Positions 1-8,508 of a stretch of 64,000 nucleotides of DNA are shown one piece after another. The notes below the pieces were generated by a model that did no database searches, had not been told where the DNA came from, and saw nothing but the letters and a program-made list of their open reading frames with translations. Made by a program: the position numbers and the translations under genes. This DNA comes from Candidatus Methylomirabilota bacterium (lineage in GTDB: Bacteria; Methylomirabilota; Methylomirabilia; Rokubacteriales; CSP1-6), in NCBI GenBank assembly GCA_035936835.1, contig DASYVT010000113.1, positions 8,072 through 72,071 on the forward strand, written 5' to 3'. Every line of letters begins with the position of its first letter. Within the stretch, counting starts at the first letter, position 1.

Positions 1-4
1 AGCC

Positions 5-34
5 TTGACAGTGAAAAGAGCGCGGGGGTATAAG
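5..34 (+). promoter_or_regulatory. Sigma70-like promoter: TTGACA (5-10), 18-nt spacer, TATAAG (29-34). Followed by a GAGGAGG RBS and the ATG at 76.
   Basis: Motifs read directly from the sequence. The element lies just upstream of the first ORF. Confidence 0.4.
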
Positions 35-75
35 GAGGCGACACGGCCGCAACATCACCCGACGAGGAGGTCCAC

Positions 76-306
76 ATGGCCGATCTGGAATTGCTGATCG
101 CGCGTTTGTCCGCTGAGAACCCCGAGTTCCGCCAGCTCCAGGAAGAGCACGCCCGATACGAGCAGGAGCTGAAGGAGCTCAACAGTCGCGGGTTTCTCAC
201 GGCGGACCAGCAGTGGCGGGTCAGCGAGCTCAAGAAGCTCAAGCTGATGGGCAAGGACCAGATGGAGTCGATGGTCCGTCACGCGCGCGACGCCGCGCAC
301 GCCTGA
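76..306 (+). CDS. DUF465 (YdcH-like) small coiled-coil protein
   Basis: 76-aa ORF with the charged coiled-coil composition typical of the DUF465 family. Strong RBS (GAGGAGG) 8 nt upstream of the ATG. Confidence 0.6.
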   Translation: MADLELLIARLSAENPEFRQLQEEHARYEQELKELNSRGFLTADQQWRVSELKKLKLMGKDQMESMVRHARDAAHA

Positions 307-332
307 CGCGGAGCACCCGAGCCGGGAACGCC

Positions 333-842
333 ATGCCGCCGTCACGGGAGGCGCCGGGATTTCGCGGCCTCTCCCACCTGACGCCGTCCGGCGACGCCCG
401 GATGGTGGACGTCTCGCCGAAGAAGGAAACGGCCCGGGAAGCGGTGGCCCGCGTCGTGCTGAAGATGCGCCCCGCTACGCTCAGCGCGATCCGCGCCGGG
501 CAGATGGCCAAGGGTGACGTGCTGGGCGTGGCGCGTACGGCCGGCATCATGGCGGCCAAGCGCACCCCCGATCTGATCCCCCTCTGCCACCCGCTGCGCA
601 TCACCGGCTGCGACATCGCCTTCGCCCTCGACCCCAAGCGCTCGACCGTCACCATCGAGGCGCGCGTCCGCACCGTGGACAAGACGGGCGTCGAGATGGA
701 GGCGCTGACCGCCGCGGCCGTCGCTGGGCTCACGGTCTACGACATGGTCAAGGCGGTGGACCGGGGCGTGGTGCTGTCGGGGCTGTGTCTGCTCGAGAAG
801 TCCGGCGGCAAATCCGGTATCTGGCGGCGACGGAAGCCGTGA
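333..842 (+). CDS. moaC: Cyclic pyranopterin monophosphate synthase MoaC
   Basis: Matches MoaC throughout (LTHL...ARMVDVS..K, GDVLGVARTAGIMAAKRT, LIPLCHPL, EMEALTAAAVAGLTVYDM). The ORF track starts at 213, but the conserved N-terminus begins at the ATG at 333. Confidence 0.85.
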   Translation: MPPSREAPGFRGLSHLTPSGDARMVDVSPKKETAREAVARVVLKMRPATLSAIRAGQMAKGDVLGVARTAGIMAAKRTPDLIPLCHPLRITGCDIAFALDPKRSTVTIEARVRTVDKTGVEMEALTAAAVAGLTVYDMVKAVDRGVVLSGLCLLEKSGGKSGIWRRRKP

Positions 843-1966
843 AGACCGCGCTCGTCCATTCCGAGGAGTGGCGGCGCTTCGACTATGGCTCCGAGCACCC
901 GCTCCGTATGGAGCGCCTGGGCCTGACGTGGCGGCTCATGGAGGCCTACGGCCTCACGTCGGGGCCGAACCTCAAGGTGCTGACGCCCGAGCCCGCCTCC
1001 GTCGACGCTATCACCCGCTTCCACAGCCGCGACTACATCGAGATCCTGCGCGCCGTCAGCGCGGGCGACTCGGTGCCTCACGCCGCGCGCTACGGGCTCG
1101 GGGCCGGCGACAACCCGATCTTCCCGGGCCTCTGGGAGGCGGCTCAGCTCGTGGCCGGCGGCTCGCTGCTCGCCTCGCGGCTCGTTCTCGACAATGAGGC
1201 CGCGCGCGCCTTCCACTTCGCGGGCGGGCTCCACCACGCCATGCCCGAGCGCGCCTCGGGCTTCTGCTACGTCAACGACGCGGTGCTGGCCATCATGGAG
1301 CTGCGCCGGCGCGACTGGAAGGTTGCCTACGTGGACATCGACGCGCATCACGGCGACGGCGTCCAGTTCGCCTTCTACGATGACCCGCGCGTGCTGACGA
1401 TCTCGAGCCACGAGCGCGGTGACCGGCTCTTCCCGGGCACAGGCTTCGTCGAGGAGATGGGCGAGGGCAAGGGGATCGGCTATTCGGTCAACCTGCCGCT
1501 CCAGCCCTACACGGACGACGCGGTCTACGAGCCCGCGTTCGAGGCGGTGGTGCCGCCGCTCCTGCGCGCCTTCGAGCCCGACGTGGTCGTGCTCCAGCTC
1601 GGCATCGACTCGCACCGGACCGATCCGCTGACCCATCTCGCATGGACGGTGCAGGGCTTCACCAAGATCGTGGCGCGGCTTCTCGAGCTGTCCCCCCGCG
1701 TGGTCGCGCTCGGCGGCGGCGGCTACGACCTGCCGAACGTCGCGCGGGCGTGGACCGCGGCGTGGGCCGCGATGAACGGCGCGGAGCTTCCTGCCGAGAT
1801 TCCGCGCGCCTGCCAGAAGGAGCTGGCCGCCCATGGTCTGAAGAGCATGCGCCTCTGGGACCCGCCGCTCGAGTTGCCCGCCGACACGCGGCAGTGGGCT
1901 GAGGAGTACGCCATGCGCCAGGTCAAGGCCATCCGCGAGCACATCTTCCCGATCCACGCGTTGTAG
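839..1966 (+). CDS. Histone deacetylase family protein (acetoin utilisation AcuC-like)
   Basis: Arginase/deacetylase-fold motifs present (HPLRMERL, FHFAGGLHHA, DIDAHHGDG, GGGGY). A GTG at 839 overlaps the moaC stop by 4 nt (GTGA). The alternative ATG at 785 would overlap moaC by 58 nt. Confidence 0.75.
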   Translation: MKTALVHSEEWRRFDYGSEHPLRMERLGLTWRLMEAYGLTSGPNLKVLTPEPASVDAITRFHSRDYIEILRAVSAGDSVPHAARYGLGAGDNPIFPGLWEAAQLVAGGSLLASRLVLDNEAARAFHFAGGLHHAMPERASGFCYVNDAVLAIMELRRRDWKVAYVDIDAHHGDGVQFAFYDDPRVLTISSHERGDRLFPGTGFVEEMGEGKGIGYSVNLPLQPYTDDAVYEPAFEAVVPPLLRAFEPDVVVLQLGIDSHRTDPLTHLAWTVQGFTKIVARLLELSPRVVALGGGGYDLPNVARAWTAAWAAMNGAELPAEIPRACQKELAAHGLKSMRLWDPPLELPADTRQWAEEYAMRQVKAIREHIFPIHAL

Positions 1967-1982
1967 GCTTTTCAGCCTCCGC

Positions 1983-2414
1983 ATGATTCCCAAGCGGATC
2001 GATCCTGACATTACGGTCGAGGTGGACGGCCTGGCCTGGACGCGCGTCGAGAGCTTGAGGCGCGCGCGGCCGGACGAGCGCGTCTATGCCGTCACCATCG
2101 AAGACGACGGGATTGGCGAGCTCCGCTTCGGCGACGGCCGGCGCGGCCTGCGCCCGCCGGCGAACTCGACGGTGAAGGTGACCTATAGAACGGGCGGCGG
2201 CGTGGTTGGTAGCGTGAGCCGGGTGGTCGAGGACGCGCGTGACGAGCCGCGCTTCTGGATGATGGCGAAGGACGGCGCGGGCGCCGTGGGGTGGCAGACC
2301 GTGGACCGGACACGAGGGCGGAGTGCGCTGTCCGCGCTCGCCTGCGCCGTCGGCATGGCCCTGGCCATCGCCGCCATGCTCGGGCTGGCCCATCACGACC
2401 GCGACGAGCCCTGA
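1983..2414 (+). CDS. Hypothetical protein with a C-terminal transmembrane segment
   Basis: 143-aa ORF that fills the gap between the AcuC-like and ADH genes. No family recognised. The high GC content makes ORF length alone weak evidence. Confidence 0.35.
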   Translation: MIPKRIDPDITVEVDGLAWTRVESLRRARPDERVYAVTIEDDGIGELRFGDGRRGLRPPANSTVKVTYRTGGGVVGSVSRVVEDARDEPRFWMMAKDGAGAVGWQTVDRTRGRSALSALACAVGMALAIAAMLGLAHHDRDEP

Positions 2415-2432
2415 ACGGCCTCCAGCAGTTTT

Positions 2433-3476
2433 CTAAAAGACGAAGACCCCTTTCCCCGTCGTCTGAGTGTCGAAGAGCTTGTAGGCCTTCTCGGCCTCGT
2501 CCAGCTTGAAGCGGTGGGTCAGGAGCTTCTTGAGCGGCACCTTCTTGTCCACGATGAAGCGCGCGCACTCGGCCTGCCCCATCGCGCTGAAGGTCCACGA
2601 GGCGTGGATGGTCAGCTGGCGGCGCAGCAGGTGCTTGCTGATGTCGAAGGTCGCGGTGCCGCCCTCGCCAACAAATGCGACGCGCCCCCAGGTGCCGGCG
2701 CTCCTGACGGCGGCGACGCGCGCCTCGGCGACCCCCGTGCAGTCCATCGTTGTCTCGGCGCCTTCGCCGTGGGTCAGGTCGTGGATGGCGGCGACCGGAT
2801 CGCTTTCCTTCGAGTTGACCACCGCGTCGGCACCGAACTCCTTGGCGAGCTTGAGCCGCTCGACGGAGACGTCCACGGCGATGACGCGCGCGCCCATGGC
2901 GTGACCGAGCATTGTTGCAGAGAGGCCTACAGGGCCCTGGCCGAACACTGCGAGCGTGTCGCGTCCCGAAGCGTCGATGCGCTTGAGCGCACCGTAGGCG
3001 GTGCCGGTACCGCAGGAGACGGCCGCGCCTTCCTCGAAAGAGAGCTCGTCGGGCAGCGGGACCATGGTGAACGCGGGCGCCTTCATGAAGGGCGCGTGGC
3101 CGCCGTGCCCCGTCATGCCGTAGACGGTGATGCCGCCCCGGCAGAGCTGGGACCAGCCGACGCGGCAGTGCTTGCAGCGGCCGCAGCCCTTGTAGTGGTG
3201 ATTCATCACCCGCGCGCCGACGGGCGCGAAATCGGCCGGCACGCCGGCGCCGACGGCCGCCACCACGCCGCAGGGCTCGTGGCCCGCGATGACGGGCCCG
3301 CCGCTGCCCAGCCCCAACGCGGCCGCGGCATTGCCGGCTGCGCGGTAGGGGTGCAGGTCGCTGCCGCACATGCCCGACGCCTTGATGGCGAGGACGACCT
3401 CGCCCGGCCCCGGGGTGGGATCGGGGAACTCCTGGATCTCCAGCTTCCGCTCTCCGAGAAAGACGACGCCGCGCAT
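2433..3476 (-). CDS. Zinc-dependent alcohol dehydrogenase (MDR family)
   Basis: Motifs GHEPCGVV, structural-zinc Cys cluster CGRCKHC and Rossmann GQGPVGL. Length 347 aa. Confidence 0.85.
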   Translation of the reverse strand: MRGVVFLGERKLEIQEFPDPTPGPGEVVLAIKASGMCGSDLHPYRAAGNAAAALGLGSGGPVIAGHEPCGVVAAVGAGVPADFAPVGARVMNHHYKGCGRCKHCRVGWSQLCRGGITVYGMTGHGGHAPFMKAPAFTMVPLPDELSFEEGAAVSCGTGTAYGALKRIDASGRDTLAVFGQGPVGLSATMLGHAMGARVIAVDVSVERLKLAKEFGADAVVNSKESDPVAAIHDLTHGEGAETTMDCTGVAEARVAAVRSAGTWGRVAFVGEGGTATFDISKHLLRRQLTIHASWTFSAMGQAECARFIVDKKVPLKKLLTHRFKLDEAEKAYKLFDTQTTGKGVFVF

Positions 3477-3562
3477 GATCGGTGACCCCTCCTGTGGACC
3501 TCCGGTGAGCCGCTAGGAGCTGTAGCGTACCACCGGAAGGCGCCGCCGTCCCTCCGGGGCGC

Positions 3563-3598
3563 TTGACTATATCTGGCAGATGTGTATCTTATAGATAT
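3563..3598 (+). promoter_or_regulatory. AT-rich promoter/operator: TTGACT (3563-68) and two short palindromes (ATCTGgCAGAT; TATCTtatAGATA). It abuts the PadR ATG, so the transcript may be leaderless.
   Basis: Read directly from the sequence. The AT-rich patch stands out against about 70% GC. The -10-like TATCTT sits 16 nt after the -35, which would place the transcription start at or next to the ATG at 3599. Confidence 0.4.
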
Positions 3599-4180
3599 AT
3601 GGAGCGCAAGGCCGGCACGACCGAATACGCGGTGCTCGGGATGCTCGGGTGGGGCCCCGCCTCTGGCTACGACCTCAAGAAGCGGTTCGAGGGCAGCGTC
3701 GGCCACTTCTGGAGCGAGAGCTACGGGCAGATCTACCCGATCCTCGCGCGCCTGGCGGCCGAGGGACTGGCCGAGCGGCGCCTCGAGCGCCAGAAGGGCA
3801 AGCCCGACCGCTACGTGTACTCCATCACCGCCGAGGGACAGGAGCGGCTCGGGGCATGGCTCGGAGAGCCCGCGCGGGAGCAGGGCTTCAGGAGCGAGCT
3901 GCTGCTCAAGCTCTTCTTCGGACGGCGCCGTCCGGTTGAGGAGAGCATCCGTCACGTGGAGCGCTTTCGTGAGCGACAGCAGGCGCTCAAGCGGGGCTAC
4001 GCCGACCGGGAGCGCGAACTGCTGAGAAAGCACCGCGCGCATCCCGAGCTGCCGTACTGGCTGATGACGCTCCGCTTTGGGGCGAGTCGGGCCAACGCGC
4101 TCCTTCGTTGGAGCGACGAGACACTCAAGACGCTCGAGCGGCTCCACCGCGCGCCTGTGCGGCGGGCGAAAAGCCGCTGA
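3599..4180 (+). CDS. PadR family transcriptional regulator
   Basis: Winged-HTH PadR N-terminus (EYAVLGMLGWGPASGYDLKKRFE...FWSESYGQIYPILARL). Start set at the ATG matching the conserved family N-terminus. The track ORF starts 12 codons earlier. Confidence 0.8.
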   Translation: MERKAGTTEYAVLGMLGWGPASGYDLKKRFEGSVGHFWSESYGQIYPILARLAAEGLAERRLERQKGKPDRYVYSITAEGQERLGAWLGEPAREQGFRSELLLKLFFGRRRPVEESIRHVERFRERQQALKRGYADRERELLRKHRAHPELPYWLMTLRFGASRANALLRWSDETLKTLERLHRAPVRRAKSR

Positions 4181-4191
4181 GGAGGGCTTCC

Positions 4192-4875
4192 ATGGAAACG
4201 GCGATACGGCTCACGCTCTGGGTCCACATCCTGGCGGGCGCGGTGGCGCTCGTCGTCGCGCCGATCGCGCTCATGACGGTCAAGGGCGGCCCGACTCACC
4301 GGAGGTGGGGCAAGGTCTACTTCTGGGCGATGGGGGTGGTCGCGGCGACGGCCATCGTCGTCGGCCTCTGGCGATCGATCCTGTTCCTGGTGCTGACGGC
4401 GGTGTTCAGCTTCTACGCGGCGCTTTCCGGCTACCGCGTGCTCTACCGAAAGCGCCCCGATCTCGGACAGCGCCCGTCCGCGCTCGACTGGGCAGCCGCC
4501 GGGATCACGGTCGCGGCGAGCGCGACCCTGGTGATACTCGGCATCGCCAAGCCGACGCCCAGATTCCAGCAGCTCTCCACGGTCGCCATCGTCTTCGGCT
4601 TCGTCGGGCTCGCGATCGCCGGCCTCGACGTCCTGCGGTTCATCCGTCCGCCGGCCGAGAAGCGCGCGTGGTGGTACAAGCACATGGCGAACATGATCGG
4701 GTCCTACATCGCGGCGGTGACGGCCTTCTCGGTGGTGAACTTCCACAGCCTGCCGACGACGGTGCGCTGGCTCTGGCCGACCGCGATCGGCACGCCCCTC
4801 ATCGCGATCTGGATCACCTACTACAAGCGCCGCTTCAACGCCCCCAAGCTCCAGCGCGCCGCTGGCACCGCCTAG
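4192..4875 (+). CDS. Polytopic membrane protein of unknown function (PadR-associated)
   Basis: Five or six hydrophobic helices. Start at an internal ATG with GAGGAGGG 6 nt upstream, 11 nt after the PadR stop, so likely co-transcribed. Confidence 0.6.
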   Translation: METAIRLTLWVHILAGAVALVVAPIALMTVKGGPTHRRWGKVYFWAMGVVAATAIVVGLWRSILFLVLTAVFSFYAALSGYRVLYRKRPDLGQRPSALDWAAAGITVAASATLVILGIAKPTPRFQQLSTVAIVFGFVGLAIAGLDVLRFIRPPAEKRAWWYKHMANMIGSYIAAVTAFSVVNFHSLPTTVRWLWPTAIGTPLIAIWITYYKRRFNAPKLQRAAGTA

Positions 4876-7800
4876 TCGAGCGCACCGAGATCGTAGACCT
4901 GCCGGATCAGTGGAGTGCGCTCGAAGCTCACCAGCAGTTCCGGGTTGCGAAAACCTGCCTTGACGTGGTCGACAACGGCGAGGGCAGCCTGATACGCGGT
5001 GCGGGCCAGGTCAGGCCTCTTTGCCTCACTGTGGAGCCGGCCCACGGCCAGATGCGTTTTCCATAGCTGAGTCGGGCTGGCGATGGCCCGAGCGATGTGC
5101 AAGGCCTGGCGAAGTGCGGCCTCGCCCTCGTCCCACCGCCGCCGGGCCAGCGCGATCTCGCCTTTGAGCCGCCAGGCCTTCACCAGGTACTTCCGCGAAT
5201 TCGTGCGAGTGGCCAGCTCGAGGCAGTGGTCGGCCAGTTCGCGCGCCTTCACGAGGTCACCACGGGCCAGCTCGAGCTCCGCCAGGCTCGCGAAAAGGTG
5301 CAGCGAGTAGCGCCAGCGCATCCACTCGCTGGTCGCCGGGTTCTTCACCTGGCGATGCACGCCGTCGAGGATCTCGTGGGCGAGCGGTAGGTCGCCCGTG
5401 ATGAGACAGATGTCGCCCAGGTTGAGCTCGGCGTTGGCGATCGACTCATCGGCGTCCTGAGCGCCTCGATCCCGCCGCCTCCGCCCCCCTTCGCTCCCGC
5501 GGCGGTTCAACTCGCGCGCGCGATCCAGATCTCCGCACTCGATGTAGAGCCACCCGAGCGAGTTCAGATAGCGGGGCGTGTAGTTCTCGTCGCCGACCTT
5601 CTCGGCGAGCGCGAGTCCCTCCTCGAGCATCGCGAGCGCACCGTCATAGTCGCCCTTGCCCGTGAGGTTGATGGCCCACATGAAGAGTCCTTCGAGCATG
5701 GGGAGCAGGACGTTGTGGGCGCGGGCGATCTGGAGGCCATCGGCGTACATCCGCGAGGCCTCGTCGAACGCGGCTTCCCACCCCTTGATCTCGGCCGCGA
5801 AAACGAGCGCCCAGGATTCGTTCACGACATCTCCCACCGCCCGGCTGATGCTGATGACCTGTTCGAATTTCTCTCTTGCCTCGCGGATGCGGCCGGTCAC
5901 GTCGTAGACGAGGCCGGTGCTGAGATGCCCGCCGGCCAGGGCCGACTGGGCCCCCACGGCCTCGGCGACAGCGATGCCCTGCCGAGCGTCCTCCAGAGCC
6001 TGGTCGAACTTGTGTCCCAGCCAGGAGGCGAACGACATGGCGACGAGGGCTGCCGCCTCGGCGGGCCCGTCGGCGATCTGCCGGGCGAGCGCCAGGACAC
6101 GTTCGCCCTCGGTGCGGGCGCGTTCGAAGTCGCTCACGAGAAGATAGAGGTCGGCCTTGGCCTGATGGATCCCGATCCGAGTCGTGCCGGGAACATCGTC
6201 GCCGAGGCGAGCGGCCGCCGCTTCGGCCTGCTCGTAGAGAGCGATCGCCCCGCGGGTCGCGAAGGCCTTGGCGGCCTTGTCGGCGGCCTTGAGGAGATAC
6301 TTGAGCGCCTTCTGCCAGGCTTCGCTCCTCTCGAAGTGGTAGGCGAGGACCTCGTACAGCTCGGTCAGCCGGTCACCATACAGCTCCTCGATGGCCAAGC
6401 CGATTTTTTCGTGCAGCTCCTTTCGTCGCTGGATGAGGAGCGAGCCGTACGCCACCTCGTGGGTCAGCGCGTGTTTGAAAGTGTACGAGAGCTCGGGGAG
6501 GACGGCCTTCTCGTATATGAACTCGACGGCCTTCAGCTGGCCAAGGACGTTCTCGGTCCGTTCTCCGGCGTCCGAGAGCCGATCCAGGAGGCGACGGCTG
6601 AAGTCGCGTCCGATCACGGAGGCCATCTGGAGAGTGCGCTTCGCCGCTTCCGGGAGGCGGTCGACACGTGCCATGAGGACGTCCTGGATGGTGTCGGGCA
6701 CCACGATCTCGTGGACCGGCCTGGCCAGGACATAGCGGTCTCCGACCGGCCTTATGGCCTCCGCCTCCTGCAGGGACTTCACGACCTCCTCGACGAAGAA
6801 CGGGTTTCCTTCGGCCTTCCGGACGATCAGCGCCGTCAGCTCCTCGGGCAGGTCCGAGGTGGCGAGCATCGCCTCGGCCATCCGCACGCTCGCTTGGCTC
6901 GGCAGCGCGGTGAGGGCGAGGCGGGTGTGGTAGGTCCGCTCCCCGAATGGATGGCTGTACCCCGTGCGGTAGGACAGGACGTGAAGGACACGGCTGGCCG
7001 GGATGCTGTCGGCGAAGGACAGGAGGTACTCTTCTGTCGCCTGATCGATCCAGTGAAGGTCCTCATAGACCACGACTTGCGGCCGCGCCTCCGCTGCGCG
7101 GGCCGTCAGGCGCCGGAGGGCGTCGAAGATTTCCCCGCGACGCTGCTGAGGATCCATGTCCAGCACGGCCGTATCGCCAGAGCCGACGGTGAGGAGGTGG
7201 AGGACGAACGGTAGGATGGGCCGGAGATCCTCGCCCAAAGCGAGGACGCCCCGCTCGATCTTCCCGACCATCGTCGCTTCGGGATCGCCTTCCTCGATCC
7301 CGAAGCTCCGCCTCAGCAAGTCGATGAGCGGGGAAAATGCCGTCGACTGGCCGAAGGGCACACAGTGCCCCTCGAGCCAGGTGGCTTCCGCGCCGAGGCC
7401 GCGCCGGAACTCGTAGAGAAGCCGGGATTTGCCGATCCCTGGCTCTCCGACGATGAACACGATCTGCCCCCGGCCGCCCCGCGCCTGCTCGAAGCAGTCC
7501 ATCAGGATACCGAGCTCCCGCTGCCGGCCCACGAAGGGGGTGAGCCCGTGCTCGGCCCCGATCTCGATCCGGGTTCTCGCCGCTCGCGCCGCCGTCACCT
7601 CCCACGCGGCCACGGGCTCACTCTTTCCTTTGAGGGTCATCTCGCCGAGCGGCAGGGTGTGGAAATAATCCGCGATGAGGCGGTGGGTCGCCTCGGCGAT
7701 CAGGACCTGCCCTGGGGCGCCCGCCTGCTGCATCCGCGCGGCGACGTTGGTCGTGTCGCCCATCGCGGTGTAGTCCATCCGGAGATCGCTCCCAATGCTT

Positions 7801-8390
7801 CCCACGACCACGAGCCCCGTGTTCATGCCCTGCCGGACCCGGAAGGTGATCCCGCGCGGTCGGAGCTCTTCCTGGTAGCGCGCCAGGGCGGCGCCGATGC
7901 CAAGCGCGGCATGCACCGCTCGCTGGGCATGATCCTCGTGGGCGATCGGAGCGCCGAAGAGGGCCATGATGCCATCGCCGAGGAATTGGTTGACCGTGCC
8001 TTCGTAACGGTGGACTTCGGCTAGGATTAGGTCGAAGGCCCTGGTCATCAGCCGATGCACCTCCTCGGGGTCGAGCCGCTCCGAGAGCGCCGTGAAGCCA
8101 GAGACGTCGGCGAAGAGCACGGTGACTTGCTTGCGCTCTCCTTCCAAGGCGCTCCGGGTGGTCAGGATCTTGTCCGCGAGGTGCTTGGGAGTGTAGCTCT
8201 CGGGTGAGGCGAATCGCGCCGCGGGAATGGGAGCCGCCGCAGTGACCGGGCGCCCGCATGCGAAACAGAAAGCGGCACCCACGGGCAGCTCGGTGCTGCA
8301 GTGGCTGCAGCTCGGCGTGAAGCCCGCACCACACCTCATGCAGAACCGCGCCTGAGATGGGTTGTCCTGCTGGCACTGGGGACACTGCAT
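4872..8390 (-). CDS. Multidomain signalling protein: double zinc-ribbon / class III adenylate-guanylate cyclase / AAA(STAND-like) ATPase / TPR repeats
   Basis: N-terminal CPQC..CMRCG..CSHC..CFACG ribbons. Cyclase core (KQVTVLFADVSGFTALSE...GDGIMALFGAP). Walker A (GEPGIGKS). Long C-terminal TPR-like region. Start chosen at the MQCPQCQ ATG at 8390 (GGAGG upstream). The track ORF extends to 8486. Confidence 0.8.
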   Translation of the reverse strand: MQCPQCQQDNPSQARFCMRCGAGFTPSCSHCSTELPVGAAFCFACGRPVTAAAPIPAARFASPESYTPKHLADKILTTRSALEGERKQVTVLFADVSGFTALSERLDPEEVHRLMTRAFDLILAEVHRYEGTVNQFLGDGIMALFGAPIAHEDHAQRAVHAALGIGAALARYQEELRPRGITFRVRQGMNTGLVVVGSIGSDLRMDYTAMGDTTNVAARMQQAGAPGQVLIAEATHRLIADYFHTLPLGEMTLKGKSEPVAAWEVTAARAARTRIEIGAEHGLTPFVGRQRELGILMDCFEQARGGRGQIVFIVGEPGIGKSRLLYEFRRGLGAEATWLEGHCVPFGQSTAFSPLIDLLRRSFGIEEGDPEATMVGKIERGVLALGEDLRPILPFVLHLLTVGSGDTAVLDMDPQQRRGEIFDALRRLTARAAEARPQVVVYEDLHWIDQATEEYLLSFADSIPASRVLHVLSYRTGYSHPFGERTYHTRLALTALPSQASVRMAEAMLATSDLPEELTALIVRKAEGNPFFVEEVVKSLQEAEAIRPVGDRYVLARPVHEIVVPDTIQDVLMARVDRLPEAAKRTLQMASVIGRDFSRRLLDRLSDAGERTENVLGQLKAVEFIYEKAVLPELSYTFKHALTHEVAYGSLLIQRRKELHEKIGLAIEELYGDRLTELYEVLAYHFERSEAWQKALKYLLKAADKAAKAFATRGAIALYEQAEAAAARLGDDVPGTTRIGIHQAKADLYLLVSDFERARTEGERVLALARQIADGPAEAAALVAMSFASWLGHKFDQALEDARQGIAVAEAVGAQSALAGGHLSTGLVYDVTGRIREAREKFEQVISISRAVGDVVNESWALVFAAEIKGWEAAFDEASRMYADGLQIARAHNVLLPMLEGLFMWAINLTGKGDYDGALAMLEEGLALAEKVGDENYTPRYLNSLGWLYIECGDLDRARELNRRGSEGGRRRRDRGAQDADESIANAELNLGDICLITGDLPLAHEILDGVHRQVKNPATSEWMRWRYSLHLFASLAELELARGDLVKARELADHCLELATRTNSRKYLVKAWRLKGEIALARRRWDEGEAALRQALHIARAIASPTQLWKTHLAVGRLHSEAKRPDLARTAYQAALAVVDHVKAGFRNPELLVSFERTPLIRQVYDLGALD

Positions 8391-8508
8391 GGGGGGACCT
8401 CCAGCATAATGCCCGGTTGTGGGGTGGAAGGGCTGCCGGGAGACTAGCGCCAGACCCGAGCGGAAGCAAGGTGTCGGGGAGGGCACCCCCCAGCCCCGCC
8501 CGACGGAA

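Noticed and set aside
737-2011. 424-aa minus-strand ORF antisense to the AcuC-like gene
   Set aside because: No domain signature and an Arg/Gly/Ala-rich composition typical of out-of-frame high-GC ORFs. It fully overlaps a well-supported plus-strand gene.
2092-3369. 425-aa Arg-rich minus-strand ORF and 2514..3485 plus-strand ORF overlapping the ADH gene
   Set aside because: Alternative frames of the Zn-ADH gene with low complexity. High-GC artefacts.
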